Shown: positions 31,760 to 32,000 of the stretch, one piece after another | How positions within the stretch are numbered: position 1 is the first letter of the stretch | How the letters are laid out: each line of letters opens with the position of its first letter | NCBI GenBank assembly: GCA_039799905.1 | Contig: JBDLRP010000029.1 | Coordinates: 83,535-115,534, forward strand | DNA: 32,000 nucleotides | Reading direction: 5' to 3' | Source of the DNA: Pseudomonadota bacterium | Lineage (GTDB): Bacteria > Bdellovibrionota_B > Oligoflexia > Silvanigrellales > Silvanigrellaceae | Translations under genes and position numbers: made by a program | The notes under the pieces: generated by a model | What the model was told of the DNA's origin: nothing | What the model saw: the letters and a program-made list of their open reading frames with translations, nothing else | Database searches by the model: none

Positions 31760-32000
31760 TGGCGATACTCCTCAGTGCGCGAATTCGCTAAAGAATACAG
31801 TCAACACTCGAGCACGGACGACTGGCTGATCGCAACTGCCCACCACCGAAGGGATCATGCAGAGACAGTCTTGCACAACCTCACCCGCGGCTGCGGCATG
31901 CAGGGAATGCTGGGTCTCACTCCGTGGACCGAAAAAGAAAAACTACTGCGACCTCTCCTTTGGCTGAGCGCTGCGTTGTCGGACAATTACATAGCAAACA

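Noticed and set aside
31775-32000. Plus-strand frame open from GTG 31775 to the right window edge (VREFAKEYSQHSSTDDWLIATAHHRRDHAETVLHNL...)
   Set aside because: About 75 stop-free codons are suggestive. However, there is no SD, the start would sit inside the SD of the divergent 104-aa gene, and I recognise no family. The support is not enough to call a CDS.
1-32000. Mobile elements, prophage, genomic island, tRNA/rRNA genes
   Set aside because: No transposase, integrase or recombinase ORFs, terminal inverted repeats, att-like direct repeats or tRNA-like cloverleaf sequences were seen. The lambda-R-like lysozyme is a lone lipoprotein gene without phage neighbours.

Overview
This is a chromosomal window of about 50% GC. 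The gene content suggests a Bdellovibrio-like predatory bacterium: a TIGR02147 paralogue, many secreted hydrolases and lipoproteins, and HU with a Lys-rich tail. That attribution is inference only. Most genes sit in tightly coupled minus-strand operons. From left to right: a Urc4(DUF1688)/Urc1(GTP-cyclohydrolase-II-like)/mmsA cluster; HU; a leaderless trypsin-like protease; a pilD-uvrD-hypothetical-MBL hydrolase operon; smpB; a lambda-R-type (GH104) lytic transglycosylase lipoprotein convergent with a TIGR02147-DUF4382-matrixin operon; the key six-gene block (14.5-22.3 kb); a helical hypothetical; a tail-anchored thioredoxin-like protein; a small ORF; a histone-H1-like Lys/Ala-repeat protein; a membrane PilZ-like protein; aroE; and an aminotransferase fused onto a peptide-type ABC importer operon that has no ATPase genes. 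No rRNA, tRNA, CRISPR array, transposase or integrase was seen. The main finding is the six-gene block. It encodes an outer-membrane barrel protein, a TPR protein, MotA, MotB, an 848-aa bitopic membrane protein and a polytopic lipoprotein. The cytoplasmic half of the 848-aa protein is a complete FliG-like module, so the protein has FliF-like topology covalently fused to FliG. No other flagellar genes lie nearby. I read the block as a candidate non-canonical, ion-driven, trans-envelope rotor-stator machine. Secondary findings are a bacterial URC-type uracil catabolic cluster linked to a CoA-acylating semialdehyde dehydrogenase, and a two-Cys SH3b-like module shared by the lytic transglycosylase and the metalloprotease. 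All family assignments come from motif recognition by eye. No database searches were run.
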